Part shown: positions 62,776 to 64,000 of the stretch, piece after piece
Layout of the letters: the number at the start of each line of letters is the position of its first letter
Numbering within the stretch: the first letter of the stretch is position 1
Origin: a virus
Length of the DNA: 64,000 nucleotides
Reading direction: 5' to 3' (one strand)
IMG/VR virus record: IMGVR_UViG_3300031825_000369
The notes under the pieces: generated by a model
Database searches by the model: none
What the model was told of the DNA's origin: nothing
Seen by the model: the letters and a program-made list of their open reading frames with translations, nothing else
Translations under genes and position numbers: made by a program

Positions 62776-64000
62776 TTAGGCTGCGATCGAGAGGTTGGGC
62801 GCGGCGTTCGGGTCCGCCGGTGCGCCGTCCGGCGGTGCCGCGTTCTGCGGGTCAGCCGGGACGGCCGGCTGCGGAGTCACGGCCTGCACGGCGGCCTGGT
62901 ACGCCATGTCGAGCGCGGCGCGCCACTCCGCCGGAAACTGGCCGTACTTGTGGCCCGCCATCGCGCGGCCGAGCTCACGCACCCGAAGCACGGCGACGTC
63001 GGGCTGGGCGTCGACCGGGCGCGGGTCGAAGATCGCCATCGCGCGCGGGTCAACCATCGGCCCTTGCGGCACCGGCGGAGCGCCGGGGATCGGCACCGGG
63101 GCGCCGGTCATCGGATCGGCCATCACGGCCGGGGCGTACCCGCCTAACGGCACTGGTTCGGCGACGCCGTCTTCCCCCGGCCCGCCTTCCCACTTCGCGA
63201 CCTGCTGGCGCACGCGGAGCACGTGCGGGTTGTCCTGCCAGCCGATCTCGGAGCCGGTCGACGTGAGCACCATCTCCCGGAGATCGTCCGGCGGGATCAA
63301 CCCCGCCTGCCCATACATCATCGCGCGCTCGGCCTTCTGCATCGGCGAGAGCATCGAGAGCGAGCCCGGCACCAGGCTGACGTCCTTCGTGCTGCGCAGG
63401 TCGGCGCCGCGCCACGCCCGGACCTTGAACTCCCCGTCCTCGCCCGTGTAGCGGAGGAGCGCCGGCACCGTGTAGTACCGGCGCACGAGTTGGAGCTTGA
63501 CCCGCCCCGCGCGCTCGCTGGCGCGCGCCGCGTTCTGCCGGATGTCGGAGAGCCCGGCCTGCACCTGCGAGATGATCGTCGCGGCGTGCTTGCCGGACTG
63601 GACCGACTTGTCCTGGAGCCCCTGCCCCGCTTCCTGCAGCGAGCTCGCGTCGTCCATCTCGCGCGTCGCGATCGCGAACAGGTCCCCCGCCGGCTCGAGC
63701 GCGTCGGTCGGCACGTCTTCGTATTTCGGCTCGCCCCCGGGATTGATGGGGATGTGCGTCATGTACTGGAGATGCGCCTGCTTGCCCTGGAGGATCGAAT
63801 TCGTCGGGACGTAGACTTTGCGGTTGAGGATGCGATCGAGGATGTCCTGCATCGCGCCCGCGAGCGACGCGCGCCACTCACTCGCGGGGCCGAGTAGGTG
63901 CATCAGTCCGATGCCGTGCGGGTTGCCGCGCGGGCCACGGAACTGCTTGATCTGTGTGAGCGGAATGTCCATCGGCTCGCGCCCGTTCGGGCCGTCCATC
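62776..64000 (-). CDS. Copy 2 of the portal, 3' part only (cut by the window edge)
   Basis: Identical to the C-terminal 407 aa of the portal. Confidence 0.85.
   Translation of the reverse strand, partial: MDGPNGREPMDIPLTQIKQFRGPRGNPHGIGLMHLLGPASEWRASLAGAMQDILDRILNRKVYVPTNSILQGKQAHLQYMTHIPINPGGEPKYEDVPTDALEPAGDLFAIATREMDDASSLQEAGQGLQDKSVQSGKHAATIISQVQAGLSDIRQNAARASERAGRVKLQLVRRYYTVPALLRYTGEDGEFKVRAWRGADLRSTKDVSLVPGSLSMLSPMQKAERAMMYGQAGLIPPDDLREMVLTSTGSEIGWQDNPHVLRVRQQVAKWEGGPGEDGVAEPVPLGGYAPAVMADPMTGAPVPIPGAPPVPQGPMVDPRAMAIFDPRPVDAQPDVAVLRVRELGRAMAGHKYGQFPAEWRAALDMAYQAAVQAVTPQPAVPADPQNAAPPDGAPADPNAAPNLSIAA

Larger units (their letters stand above)
44524..64000 (+). repeat. Direct repeat of 1-19477 (offset 44,523 bp): second genome copy
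   Basis: Position 1 (gcgcttcggtcgg) recurs at 44524. Every ORF in 188-19291 recurs with an identical translation at +44523. The window end (gtccatc) matches 19471-19477. Confidence 0.98.

Overview
The window is about 1.44 tandem copies of one complete 44,523-bp, very GC-rich (roughly 70% by eye, not computed) temperate tailed-phage genome. Positions 44524-64000 repeat 1-19477, and no host DNA is visible. Almost all genes are on the minus strand and many are translationally coupled (ATGA/GTGA/TGATG overlaps). The virion module is terS, terL, portal, scaffold, major capsid, head/tail accessory and beta-helix proteins, adaptor, nozzle, fibres and DNA-ejection proteins. There is no tape measure or tail tube, so a short-tailed (podophage) morphology is inferred. 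Other modules are a CHAP lysis cassette, a cI/cro-like switch, a tyrosine integrase next to an intact attP (3' half of tRNA-Leu(UAG)), and replication genes (AEP primase, SF3 primase-helicase, SF1 helicase). The most unusual observations are: (1) a strongly over-represented non-palindromic octamer CGTTAGGC/GCCTAACG that recurs even as rare TTA codons; (2) an integrase whose catalytic tetrad is non-canonical; (3) an opposite-strand LPD29+HTH moron with a consensus promoter and a palindromic operator; (4) a split polyvalent ejection protein (LPD3-like plus LPD38-like); (5) an ejection-protein gene that appears to start at ATT; (6) an antisense, probably leaderless membrane-protein gene that is a superinfection-exclusion candidate. 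All domain names come from my own motif recognition, not from database searches. The host is unknown; Gemmatimonadota is only a tentative guess.
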